Positions 41,760 through 51,114 of a stretch of 64,000 nt of DNA are shown piece by piece. The notes below the pieces were generated by a model, which was given only the letters and a program-made list of their open reading frames with translations, did no database searches and was not told where the DNA came from. The first letter of the stretch is position 1. Every line of letters starts with the position of its first letter. The translations under genes and the position numbers were made by a program. Origin of the DNA: an uncultured Planctomycetaceae bacterium (GTDB taxonomy: Bacteria > Planctomycetota > Planctomycetia > Planctomycetales > Planctomycetaceae); the NCBI GenBank assembly GCA_963813715.1, contig CAWFAK010000016.1, positions 64,001 through 128,000 of the forward strand. The letters are read 5' to 3'.

Positions 41760-44700
41760 TTACTGCGGCGGAATCAACAGCACCGACGCAACCTTGGCCA
41801 GCGTCCCCTTGAGCGGGTCGGCCGCGCGGAGGGCGAACCGCTGCTTGCCCGCCTTGAGCGGCACCTTGCCGATTTCGACCGGGAAGAAGGTCGTCCAGTT
41901 CTTGCCAGTGCCTTCCACGCGCGAGGTGATCCGCTTGTCGGGCGAGTCGAACTGGAACGAATTGCCCGCCGACTCGTTGTGACAGGAGTACATCACGCTG
42001 ACGGTGTAGAGCCCGGGCTTTTGGATGTCGACCGTCCACGCGGCCGAGTCGTTGGGGCTGTGCCATTCGGCGAGCACCGGCTCGTCGCGCCGCTTCTCCA
42101 GCACGAGCGTGTTGCCATAGATCTCGCAATTCGAGGCGTCGAGCGAGAGCGTGCCGTCGGGTTGCGCCGTGACGAGCGCCGGCTGGTTGCCCGGGAAGAC
42201 TTTGCGGCTGGGCCCGGTCGACCCGATATAGGCCATGATGTCGGCCAGGTCCTGCGGCTTGACGTCCTTTTCGAGTCCTTCGGGCATCAGCGATTTGCCC
42301 GTGCTGGCGAGCATTTCCAATTCGCCGCGGAGCAACGTGGTTTGTTTGCCCTCCTGCTGCAACAGGGTGATACTGCTGCCCGTTTCGGCCGCCAGGATGC
42401 CCGTGTATTGCCGCCCCTGCGTGGTGACGGCCGAGTAGACGTCGTACTTCTGCTCGACGGCCCGGTTGGGATCGAGAATGGCGACGATCAGGGCCTGTGG
42501 CGACTTGTCGGTGAGCGCGACCAGGTCCGGGCCGATCGAGTGGCCCACGCTGTTGAGTCGATGGCAGATCGTGCAGGTCTTCTCGAATCGCTCGCGGCCA
42601 TGCTTCGGATCGGCCGACAGCGTGAGGGCCGATTGATACTTGCGGATGACCGCCAGGCGGTCGGCATCGACCGAGTGCAGAATCTTCTTCGCCCGATCGG
42701 CCAGCGCGTGGTTCTTGAGCGCCATCAGCCGCTGGCTCCGCGGCACGTCGACTTCGCCGCCGCGGATTTCCTTCTTCTCGATTCGATCCAAGAGCGCGGA
42801 CGTCCATTCGTCGCGGACCAGGAGCACGTCGAGAATGCTCGACCGCAGCGCCGGGCTGACGCCCCGCCAGCGTCCGAGCAACGTGTTGGCGACCTGCGGC
42901 TGCGGCAGTTTGCCGAGCGCCGCAACGATTCCCTCCTGCAGCGACGCCGGCGTTTGCGGCGACAGCAGTTCGCCCAACGCGTCGACATCCGCCGAGTCGT
43001 GCGGAGTCAGGCCGCGGCCCAGAATTTGAACGGCGGCCAGTCGCGAGTCGAGCGGTGCCGTGCTCATCGGCCGAAGTCGTCCGTGCGGCATCCGCGACGT
43101 GCTGCAACTGTTGCAGGAGCGCCGGGCCGCGACCCGACAGGCGGGTGGCGAACTGCCCGATGCCCACGTGCTGCCGGTCGAGACCGTCGAGCAGCGCGGC
43201 GACGGCGGACAAGTCGGCCGCACTGTAAGCACCCTGCGCGGACGGGGACATCGAGCCGATGAATTCTTCGACGACCGCGTCGTTGCCATACGCGGTCGCC
43301 ATCGTCATCAGGTTGCGATACAGCTCAGGCGGCGGCGTCGAGCCCTTGGACGAATGCGCCACCGTGGCGGCGACCCGCGCCAGGTTGCCCTTGGTGATCG
43401 AGCTCATCGCGGCGGCAAACAAATACGGTTCCTGCTGATTGGCCAGGGCGAAGCGGCCGATCGCGTCGCCCGACTGCGGATCGTCCCACTCGCCCAGCGT
43501 GCAGGCGACTTGCAGGCGAACCTGCGGATCTTCGTCGCCGATCAGCTCCGCAATCTTCGGGCCCAGCTCGGGGGCCGACTTGAGCAGACCTTCGCACAAC
43601 CGCACGGCGTTACGGCGAACGCCCGGGTGTTTGTCGTGTAGAGCCGTTTCGAGAAGTGCCGGCGTGAGCCCGCCCAAGCCATCGAGCGTGCAGAGAGCCT
43701 GCAAGCGCGTCTCGGGCCGGGAGTTTTCGCTCGCCATCTTCGTCAGCGCGGGGATGACCGATTTGTCGCCGCGTTCGACGAGCATGAACTGCACCAAATC
43801 TCGCTGCCATCCGCCGGGACTGTCGAGCGCGTCGACCAGTTCGCTCGGCGTCATCTTGGCGAGATTTGGCCAGGGCCGGGCCGGCTTATCTTCGGGCACG
43901 ATACGATAGATGCGGCCCATGTTGTCTCCGGCGCGGGGATTGATGCGGGCCAGCCGATCAGCCGTGATCCATTTCGGGTGCTCGATGATCATGCGATACA
44001 TGTCGACGACCCACAGCGCGCCGTCGGGACCATTCTTGACGTCGACCGGCCGCGACCAGTTGTCGGCCGACGCATAAAACTCCGAGTTCAGCTCGCTCGG
44101 CGCGCGGAAGCCGGCGAACGTTGCCCCCAGCGGCTTGAGCACGCGGCGAGTCAGCAGATCGTGGACGGGCTCGCACATGAAGGCGTTGCCCCGATACTCC
44201 TCGCCGAGCAAATCGTCCCGATAAATCACGGGGCTGCACGCCGAAGTGACGCGGTTCGCGCTCTCCGGATGGTTGAAACGCCGCAGCGTGCGGCTGATCG
44301 GGTAGAGGTGGTCCGGATCTTCCTTCGGCACCATCACGACCGGCTCGGGCGGCGCGACGAACGGGTTGCGGCTGACGTAGCGATCCTGCAGCGGCGTGTT
44401 GAGCAACAGCTCGCTGTTCTGATTGGAGAAGTAGTTGCCCCAGTCGTCGCGGGTGCGTCCCTGCTGCGTGCCGCCGCCGCTCTCCAACTCGAACAGGTGC
44501 CGATCGGGATCCATGCGGAAGTCGCGGATGCCCAGCTTGACTTCGAGTCCCGGCTTGTCGGGGCAATGAACCGTGCCGCCGAGCAGCCCGTTGGCGCCGT
44601 GAACCCAGTTGTCGAGACCGTAACTCAGGCTGTTCATGCGGGCCTGCCAGTTGCGGGAATCGAAGCCGGTGAAGACCACTTTGCGGATGTCGGCCTTGCC

Positions 44701-45234
44701 GTCGCCGTCGGTGTCCTCGGCATAAATGATGTCGGGAGCCGCGCAGACCAGCACCCCCTTCTTCCAGACGGTGATGCCGTTGGGAAAGTGGACGTGGTCG
44801 AGAAAGACGGTCGACTTGTCGAACTTGCCGTCGCCGTGCGTGCTCTCGAGCAGACGCACGCGGCCGGCCGGCTGGTAGTCGCCTTTGACGCCGTAGGGGT
44901 AGTCGTACATTTCGGCCACCCAGAGCTTGCCGTCCGGTCCGAAATCGATGGCCACGGGCGAAGAGATCAACGGCTCGGCCGCGACCAGTTCGACCTTCAG
45001 CCCCTTGGGGACGTGAATCGCCTTGAGCGATTGCTCGGGCGTCATCGCCGGCGGGAAATCGTCGCGCGGAGCAGCCTTTGCCCGACCGCCAACGATCGTG
45101 GCGAGCAGGGCCAACCCAAACAGGCTGGCGCGCCAGCGACGTTTCGCGGAGATCGTCACGAGTGAGGGAGCGGTGGGCGAGGCGGGGACCGAGGTCGGGG
45201 AAGTCATGGCGGTTCTTGCGTCTCGAGAAGTCAA
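41760..45234 (-). CDS. PVC-type membrane-bound dehydrogenase / heme-binding CxxCH protein (frameshift near 43065)
   Basis: LVAAEPLISSPVAIDFGPDGKLWVAEM propeller, HEAT repeats, CTICH, GPDL, SLMPEGLE and a C-terminal beta-sandwich. Confidence 0.9.
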
Positions 45235-45450
45235 AGTTGCGCGAAGGACGCGGCACGGCGCGTCCGAGCGGCCGGGGCAGGAGCCGGGAAATTCAGTCTA
45301 AATCGTCGCCGGAAATTGTGCGACAGAGCGGGCCTCCTCACGCCGATTCGAGGGAAATCGCGCCGGCTCGATTTCGGTACAAACTGGCGGCACGTGGAGA
45401 GTCGATCGTTGCCGGCAGTCGTGATAGAGTGCCGATGCAGATTGCCATCG

Positions 45451-45495
45451 CGTAATGTTTGACTGCGTCATGTTTGACTGTGTCATGTTTGACGC
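45451..45495. promoter_or_regulatory. Three tandem 15-bp repeats with internal GTCA/TGAC dyads; candidate operator
   Basis: CGTAATGTTTGACTG-CGTCATGTTTGACTG-TGTCATGTTTGACGC in a divergent intergenic region, about 55 bp upstream of the VOC gene. Confidence 0.5.
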
Positions 45496-45549
45496 GCGTG
45501 CTTCTCGCCTTCGCTTGATCGACCTCGAAACAATCCTGAGAGATCAGCC

Positions 45550-45939
45550 ATGCCGCGACCCGTGCACTTCGAGATTCACGCCGCCGACCCCCAGCGGGCC
45601 ATCGCGTTTTATTCGTCGATGTTCGGCTGGGAGTTTCAGCAGTGGCCGGGACCGATGGAGTATTGGATCGTGAAGACCGGTCCCGACAATCAGCCGGGCA
45701 TCAACGGCGGCCTCATTCGCCGACAAGGGGGCGAGCCGCTCGACATGGCGGCCGTCAACGCCTACGTCTGCACGATCGACGTCGCGAATATCGACGAGTC
45801 GATCAAACAGGCCCAGACCGCCAAGGCGACGCCCGCGGTCCCCAAGATGGCCATCCCCGGCGTCGGCTGGCTCTGCTACTTCAAAGACACCGAAGGCAAC
45901 ATCTTCGGCATGATGCAAAATGATCCAGCGGCGAAGTAG
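45550..45939 (+). CDS. VOC (glyoxalase/bleomycin-resistance) family protein
   Basis: PVHFEIHAADPQRAIAFY...GINGG...IPGVGWLCYFKDTEGNIFG. Confidence 0.93.
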   Translation: MPRPVHFEIHAADPQRAIAFYSSMFGWEFQQWPGPMEYWIVKTGPDNQPGINGGLIRRQGGEPLDMAAVNAYVCTIDVANIDESIKQAQTAKATPAVPKMAIPGVGWLCYFKDTEGNIFGMMQNDPAAK

Positions 45940-46207
45940 CAACGCGGATGCACGCGGGCGTGAAGAGCTGGTGTCCCTTCGGCCGCAATACGGCCTCTTC
46001 ACACCCTACGCCGCCGCACCGCGTGTCTCTTGAAACGCCGAAATCGTCGATAAACCGGACTTCTGACAGCCCTTGCGACTTTCGGTCACAGCCCCCGCTC
46101 CGGGTACAATCGCGGCATGAGCGACAGTGAGTTTTTCGCGTTATACGCGCCGCGAAATGACGCCCTTCTAGGATGACGGCATTCAAAACGAACGCGGAGG
46201 GGTCGCC

Positions 46208-46618
46208 ATGAAACGAGTTCTCCTATCCCCCATCCTTGGCGGTGCGATTGGCGCAGTCGTGGGTTTTGTCGGATTGTTCGTTACCTGTGCGATTCACGAG
46301 ATTTTTTTCTCAATTGACCCGGTGGTGGGGTTTCATCTCGACAGCTTGGGCTGGGAACTCCTGATGTTCTTCGGAGGGGGTGGCGGCGCAGTCATTGGCG
46401 TCATTTCTGGAATGGTGTATTGCCTCTATCACCCCGACCTGCCGTGGGGATTCCCTAAGCGTCACGAGGACTCTCGGTCTCCCAGCCTCGCACAAACCGT
46501 CTCTAGGACTTTTGGTGCCGCCAACCGGCTTTCTGACAACGCTCGGCGCTTGCCCCGGGGCTTCTTTGGAGGCCCAACGGGCCGAATTCCTCTAGCCCAG
46601 GTCGCAAGCGCAGCGTAG
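46208..46618 (+). CDS. Hypothetical two-TM membrane protein, lower GC than its surroundings
   Basis: GGAGG RBS, and two Gly-rich hydrophobic helices (GGAIGAVVG, GGAVIGVISG). Confidence 0.6.
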   Translation: MKRVLLSPILGGAIGAVVGFVGLFVTCAIHEIFFSIDPVVGFHLDSLGWELLMFFGGGGGAVIGVISGMVYCLYHPDLPWGFPKRHEDSRSPSLAQTVSRTFGAANRLSDNARRLPRGFFGGPTGRIPLAQVASAA

Positions 46619-46794
46619 GCCTCGGGATCTTAAGCCACCCATCAATCCGTCTTCTCTTCTCTTCTCTGCTCTTCTCTTCTCTCCCCTTGCGGAGGCTTTG
46701 CACAAAAACGCCCGTTTGCACAATAACTCGCATGCGGCTGGACAGAAAGCCGATTGGCACGGGAGTATTACGCGGCGACTGGCGAACCTCCAGC

Positions 46795-46974
46795 TCATGA
46801 GATCACCTGATCAACGTGCAGGGCCTCTTTGAGTCGGTGCGTTCCGATGAAGATGTGTTCCAGATATGCCACAGCGAGGAGCAGGAATGGTGCGATCAGG
46901 ATGCAACATGCGACCATCAACACCGGTCCAATCACACGGACGAATGAAGTGGATTTTGGGTGTTCGTCGCTCAT
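46795..46974 (-). CDS. Small single-TM protein (59 aa)
   Basis: Manual translation MSDEHPKSTSFVRVIGPVLMVACCILIAPFLLLAVAYLEHIFIGTHRLKEALHVDQVIS*; below the ORF-track length cutoff. Confidence 0.45.
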   Translation of the reverse strand: MSDEHPKSTSFVRVIGPVLMVACCILIAPFLLLAVAYLEHIFIGTHRLKEALHVDQVIS

Positions 46975-47727
46975 GCCGTCATTCTAGCGGACTTCGTAGA
47001 AGACGCAGCGCACGAAGCAGTTTAAACGTCCCGGCGTCCGCCTGAGAATTGGCGACGCTGTGGCGGCGCGGAAGAAAAGAGTGTCGCCCCTGCCGGGGCT
47101 TCTCACAATGCTGTGCGATTTTGCCTCCGTAATTTCTGCCCGTGCGACAAGCGGACACGAGAGCCGCCGCGTAGAAAATCGATCTTGTTCAAAACGAGGT
47201 TTTGTGGCTGAATAAAAATAGCGACGTGTTTCGCGGCCGAATGCGATGCGCGCCGTTCGCGCGACGGCAGAAGCCATGCGCGCGTGGCCCACGGAGATCG
47301 TTGAACGCGAGTGCGTTTCGGTGACGCCGAGCGTGCGCGCGAGCGAACGTGATTGCCGGTCAAGGCGCGACCGGACTGGGACCGAGACACGAATGGACCG
47401 GGACCGGGACACGTTGGTTGCAGGCGCGTCTAGATCACGGTGCCCAGGCGGGACTTCTTTCGACATCTCTCGAATTACAGCGTTCGCGTGCTTGATCGCC
47501 CTGGGTGAGGTGGGCAGTGCAAGAGGCATAGGCTTCACCGCATGTGATTGCGCTTCCGTTAGTGCCATCGGGACGGGACACGTTGTTTTATCGAGCATTT
47601 CCCGGCAATCTCGACATCGCCCACTCGGCTGTCGTCGTCCTGACGCGATGCGATTCCCGTGGGCGGAAATCCGGTCCGGACACATTCTCAACGGGACGGG
47701 ACTGGCGACAAACCCGGGCGGCTCGTT

Positions 47728-47822
47728 CCGTAGGGCGAGCTGCCAGCTTGCCCGCTCCGGTCCCCGATTCCGAAGCCCAATGAAACATGGGACAAGGGGA
47801 CAAGCTGGCAGCTGTCCTACGG
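47728..47822. repeat. REP-like long inverted repeat (GTAG-type)
   Basis: Arms CCGTAGGGCGAGCTGCCAGCTTGCCC and GGACAAGCTGGCAGCTGTCCTACGG. Confidence 0.75.
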
Positions 47823-47922
47823 AGCTGGTTTCCGGCGATCGCGGCATGCGATCCCGCGACTTGCGCAACTCGGTTGCGGTCAAAACTTGCCCGCTGGGGG
47901 TCATGGATCCCCGGCGGGAACG

Positions 47923-47956
47923 AAAAGGCTCCCCGCCGGTGGTGGGGAGCCTTTTT
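47923..47956. terminator. Bidirectional intrinsic terminator-like hairpin
   Basis: AAAAGGCTCCCC-GCCGGTGGT-GGGGAGCCTTTTT, a perfect 12-bp inverted repeat with A/T tails on both sides. Confidence 0.6.
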
Positions 47957-48916
47957 CACATAGGGGGGAAAAGGATCCCCGGCAGCCTTGGGGCGTTATG
48001 CCCGCCCCGTCCACTGGGGCGGGATGGGCCAGGGAACTGGGACGGGACGGAGGTGGCCGATCGCCTGCCGGCGAAGCCGGCGGGCTCATCCGAGGCGACG
48101 GGCACGGTGGGACAAGTGGACCCGCCGGGACAACAAAAAGTGGTCCCGCCGTGACGGTACCATCACATTTAATATAAGGGGGGCGCCCAAAAGTGGTCCC
48201 ACCGCGCAGCGGGGCGTGGGACACCGCGAGGTAGCATGCCCTAGATCGTGTCCGTGAGACCGTTCAGGAATTGTGATTGGAGTTGGGTGCCAAAGCTGAG
48301 CGTGCTCAGCCGTGCTTTCAGCGCCTGGTCTATGGCAAACGTTGCATCGGCGCAAGCGTGTCGCTTGATAGCGACCCTGAAACGCACGGCTGAGACGAAA
48401 CGCCGTGGCACCCGATCGGATTCCCGAGCGGTCTCAGGTCGTCTCCGTGTTTGGATCACGGCTTTCCTGGCTTGGCACGCGAATCAGAGGTCGATCGTGG
48501 TGAATTCGGCGAGCGCCAGGTCGTGTGCACGGCCGGCTGCGGCCGCCTTCGCCGGATCGGAAAAAACGACGCGCCCGCACCCGTCCGAATCGGTCTGAAT
48601 GACCAGATACGGACCGTCACCGTAGCAGTGATACACGGAATACGTGTGGGATCCGCCGAACTCAATCGATTCTGTGGGGAAACTGGGAGTGGCGTGGCAG
48701 GTCATGTGAAGGGTTCCGATTCGAGTCCGAAGCCGCCGTAAATACAGGGCCGCGTGAGCGATTCGCGCATGCCGTCATTGTAGCGTCTTGCTCAAAGGTA
48801 CTCATTCGGGAAAGTGGGGAGAGAGGCTAAACTGCGTGACGGAGCCCCATTACGGAGCGCGAGGTCCTTAATCGGAGCCGTCGCCCTCCTAACCCCGCGC
48901 TCGGGAAAGGCTGCGG

Positions 48917-50012
48917 TCAATCATCCGAGCGGGCGGTGGTAATGACGGGGATGGCGTGCCCTGAGCGGGGCGTCCGGCCGGCGTCGTACACTGCCGCGAC
49001 GTCGGACAGGACCCAGTCGACCACGCGCCAGTCCATCCAACGGTTGTCGGGATCGGGGCCTTTGCGGCCGATGTAGCCGAGGTGTCCGCCGTGCGCCGTC
49101 CGGTGCAGTAGAACCGTTTCCGGGAGCGTGAGCCCCTCGAATGCGGCGACGGGAATCATCGGGTCGTCTTCGGCCACCAGGACCAGCGTCGGCCGACGGA
49201 TCTTGGAGAGGTGCGGCCGCGAGCTGCTGGTGCTGTAATAGTTTTCCGCCGTGCCGAAGCCGCAAACGGGCCCGGTGTAGACATCGTCGAATTCGATCAG
49301 CGTCTTCAAGCGGCGTTTGCTCGCGAGGGGCGGCAGCTCGGGCCGCAGCCGGCGGTTGACGCCGAATCTGCCGGCAGAGCGAAGTGACGAAGTAGCGCTC
49401 ATAACGGCTCCGAACCGGTCCCAAGAACGAGTGGGCGCACAGCCCCAGGTCGACGGCCGGGCAGACGGCGACGGCTTTTTCGACATTGATCGGCACGCGC
49501 TGGGGCGATTCTCCCAGCAATTTGAGGACGATGTTGCCCGACAGCGAGAAGCCGACGACGGTGACCGGCGATCCGGGGCAAAGCGTTTGCAAGAGCTCGA
49601 GGGCGGCCCGTGCGTCGTCCGAGCGGCCGCCGTGATAGAGCTGCGTCGCCAGGCCGGCGCCGGCCCCGCAGCCTCGCAGATCCATGCGAAAGGTCCGCAC
49701 GCCGCGGCGCACGAGCTTGCGGGCCAGCCGCTGCATGTAGTTGCTTTGGTGATTGCCCGCCAGGCCATGCAACAGGAGCGCGGTCCGGTCCCTGGCTCGC
49801 CAGTCGTCGGGAACGTCCTCGTGCAGAACGACGGCGTCGCCGTCCGGCAGCGGCACGTAATGTTGGGCCGCCCGTTCGACGAAACGGCCGCCCGGCAGGT
49901 AGGCGCCGGCCAGAGTCTGGGCGTGCCCGTTGCGAAGCAGCGGATGCGGCCTGAATTCTGGAATGTCGAAGCGGATTGTCATCGGCGGATCCGAGAACGG
50001 GAAATGGGCCAA
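48917..50012 (-). CDS. YheT-like alpha/beta hydrolase (frameshift near 49350)
   Basis: NGHAQT, LHGLAG, DLRGCG, GFSLSG, FDDVYT, EDDP and GGHLGY. Confidence 0.9.
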
Positions 50013-50032
50013 CCCGGATCACGACTTTCGGC

Positions 50033-50944
50033 TCAGAGAATATCGTCGTCGGACGGCGGGACGGTGCGGCGCTTGACCAGCGTCACCTCGTTCCCTTTTT
50101 CGTTGAAATGAACTTCGTCCATGAACGTGCGCATGAGCAGCAACCCTCGGCCGCAAGGGCGCTCGAGATTGGCCGGATCGGTCGCGTCGGGCAGGGTGCT
50201 GGGGTCAAAGCCGGGCCCCTCGTCGCGGATGACGAAGCGGCACTCGTCATCGGTCAGCAGCGATTCGACATAAATCCGACGGTCGGAATACGGCTTTTCG
50301 CGGGCCCGCTGCCGGGAAAGTTCGTAGTAGGCGTTGTGATCGCTCTCGCGGAGCTCGGAGCTGATTTCCAGATTGCCGTGGTAGTACGAGTTGAGTAGCG
50401 CCTCTTCGAGGGCCACGCCGACGCGGAGGCAATCGGTATCGTCGCAAAACCGCATGCGGGTCATCGCCTGCTGCACGTAGTTGACGACCGAGGGGACGAG
50501 CGAGGAATCTGTCTCGAGGACAAAGACGGTTTCGTGCCGGTGGACCCGGTGCATGAGCCGGGATTCGGAGCGGTCGAGGTCGGACGCGCTTAGCACGCGC
50601 TCGACGGTTTCCCGCAGCTCCTGGCTCAAACGCCGCTTGGGAACGTAGCTCGCCGCCCCAGCCCGAAGGGCCTGCACGGCAATTTCTTCGCTGCCCTGCG
50701 CGGTCATCAGCACGACGGGGATGAGCGGGTATTCCTCCTTGACGGCCGTCACCAGCTGCAGGCCGTTCATTTCCGGCATCTGCATATCGGTGAGGACGAG
50801 GTCCGGAATGTGGCTCTCGATTTCGGCCATCGCCTCTTTGCCGTTGACGGCGTAGATCACCGTCCAATCGGGATTCTTATCGAGAATTCCGCCGACGAGA
50901 CGCCGATCCATGGCCGAATCGTCGACTACGAGCAGGGTTGCCAT
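50033..50944 (-). CDS. Response regulator: REC domain fused to an anti-sigma-factor-type (RsbW-like) HATPase domain
   Basis: LVVDD, DLVLTDMQMP, MTA and YVPK; then EALLN, DEGPGFD and GRGLLLM. Confidence 0.92.
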   Translation of the reverse strand: MATLLVVDDSAMDRRLVGGILDKNPDWTVIYAVNGKEAMAEIESHIPDLVLTDMQMPEMNGLQLVTAVKEEYPLIPVVLMTAQGSEEIAVQALRAGAASYVPKRRLSQELRETVERVLSASDLDRSESRLMHRVHRHETVFVLETDSSLVPSVVNYVQQAMTRMRFCDDTDCLRVGVALEEALLNSYYHGNLEISSELRESDHNAYYELSRQRAREKPYSDRRIYVESLLTDDECRFVIRDEGPGFDPSTLPDATDPANLERPCGRGLLLMRTFMDEVHFNEKGNEVTLVKRRTVPPSDDDIL

Positions 50945-51114
50945 TGGGCTGCTTTCGCTGGGTTGCCGCAATCAAGTCGTGTCCGAGCGACCGTCGTTTC
51001 GCGACCGGCGATCCGGGCCGGTCGTGGGAGCTCCGTGAGGTTCAAAGAGTACCAATCGGCCGTGGCAGAACACCCGACATTCGAGTTCCGAAATCCTCCG
51101 AGCGCCTTACAGGT

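Noticed and set aside
40858..45234. 1458-aa apparent fusion of PVC dehydrogenase and RmlD-like SDR
   Set aside because: The middle is out-of-frame junk caused by an indel near 43065. The true dehydrogenase ends at 41760 and the SDR has its own ATG at 41745.
45451..45495. Possible mini-CRISPR array
   Set aside because: The repeats are 15 bp and contiguous, with no spacers and no cas genes.
46754..46772. Sigma-54 promoter at TTGGCACG (also near 61201)
   Set aside because: The -12 TTGC element is missing at the required spacing.
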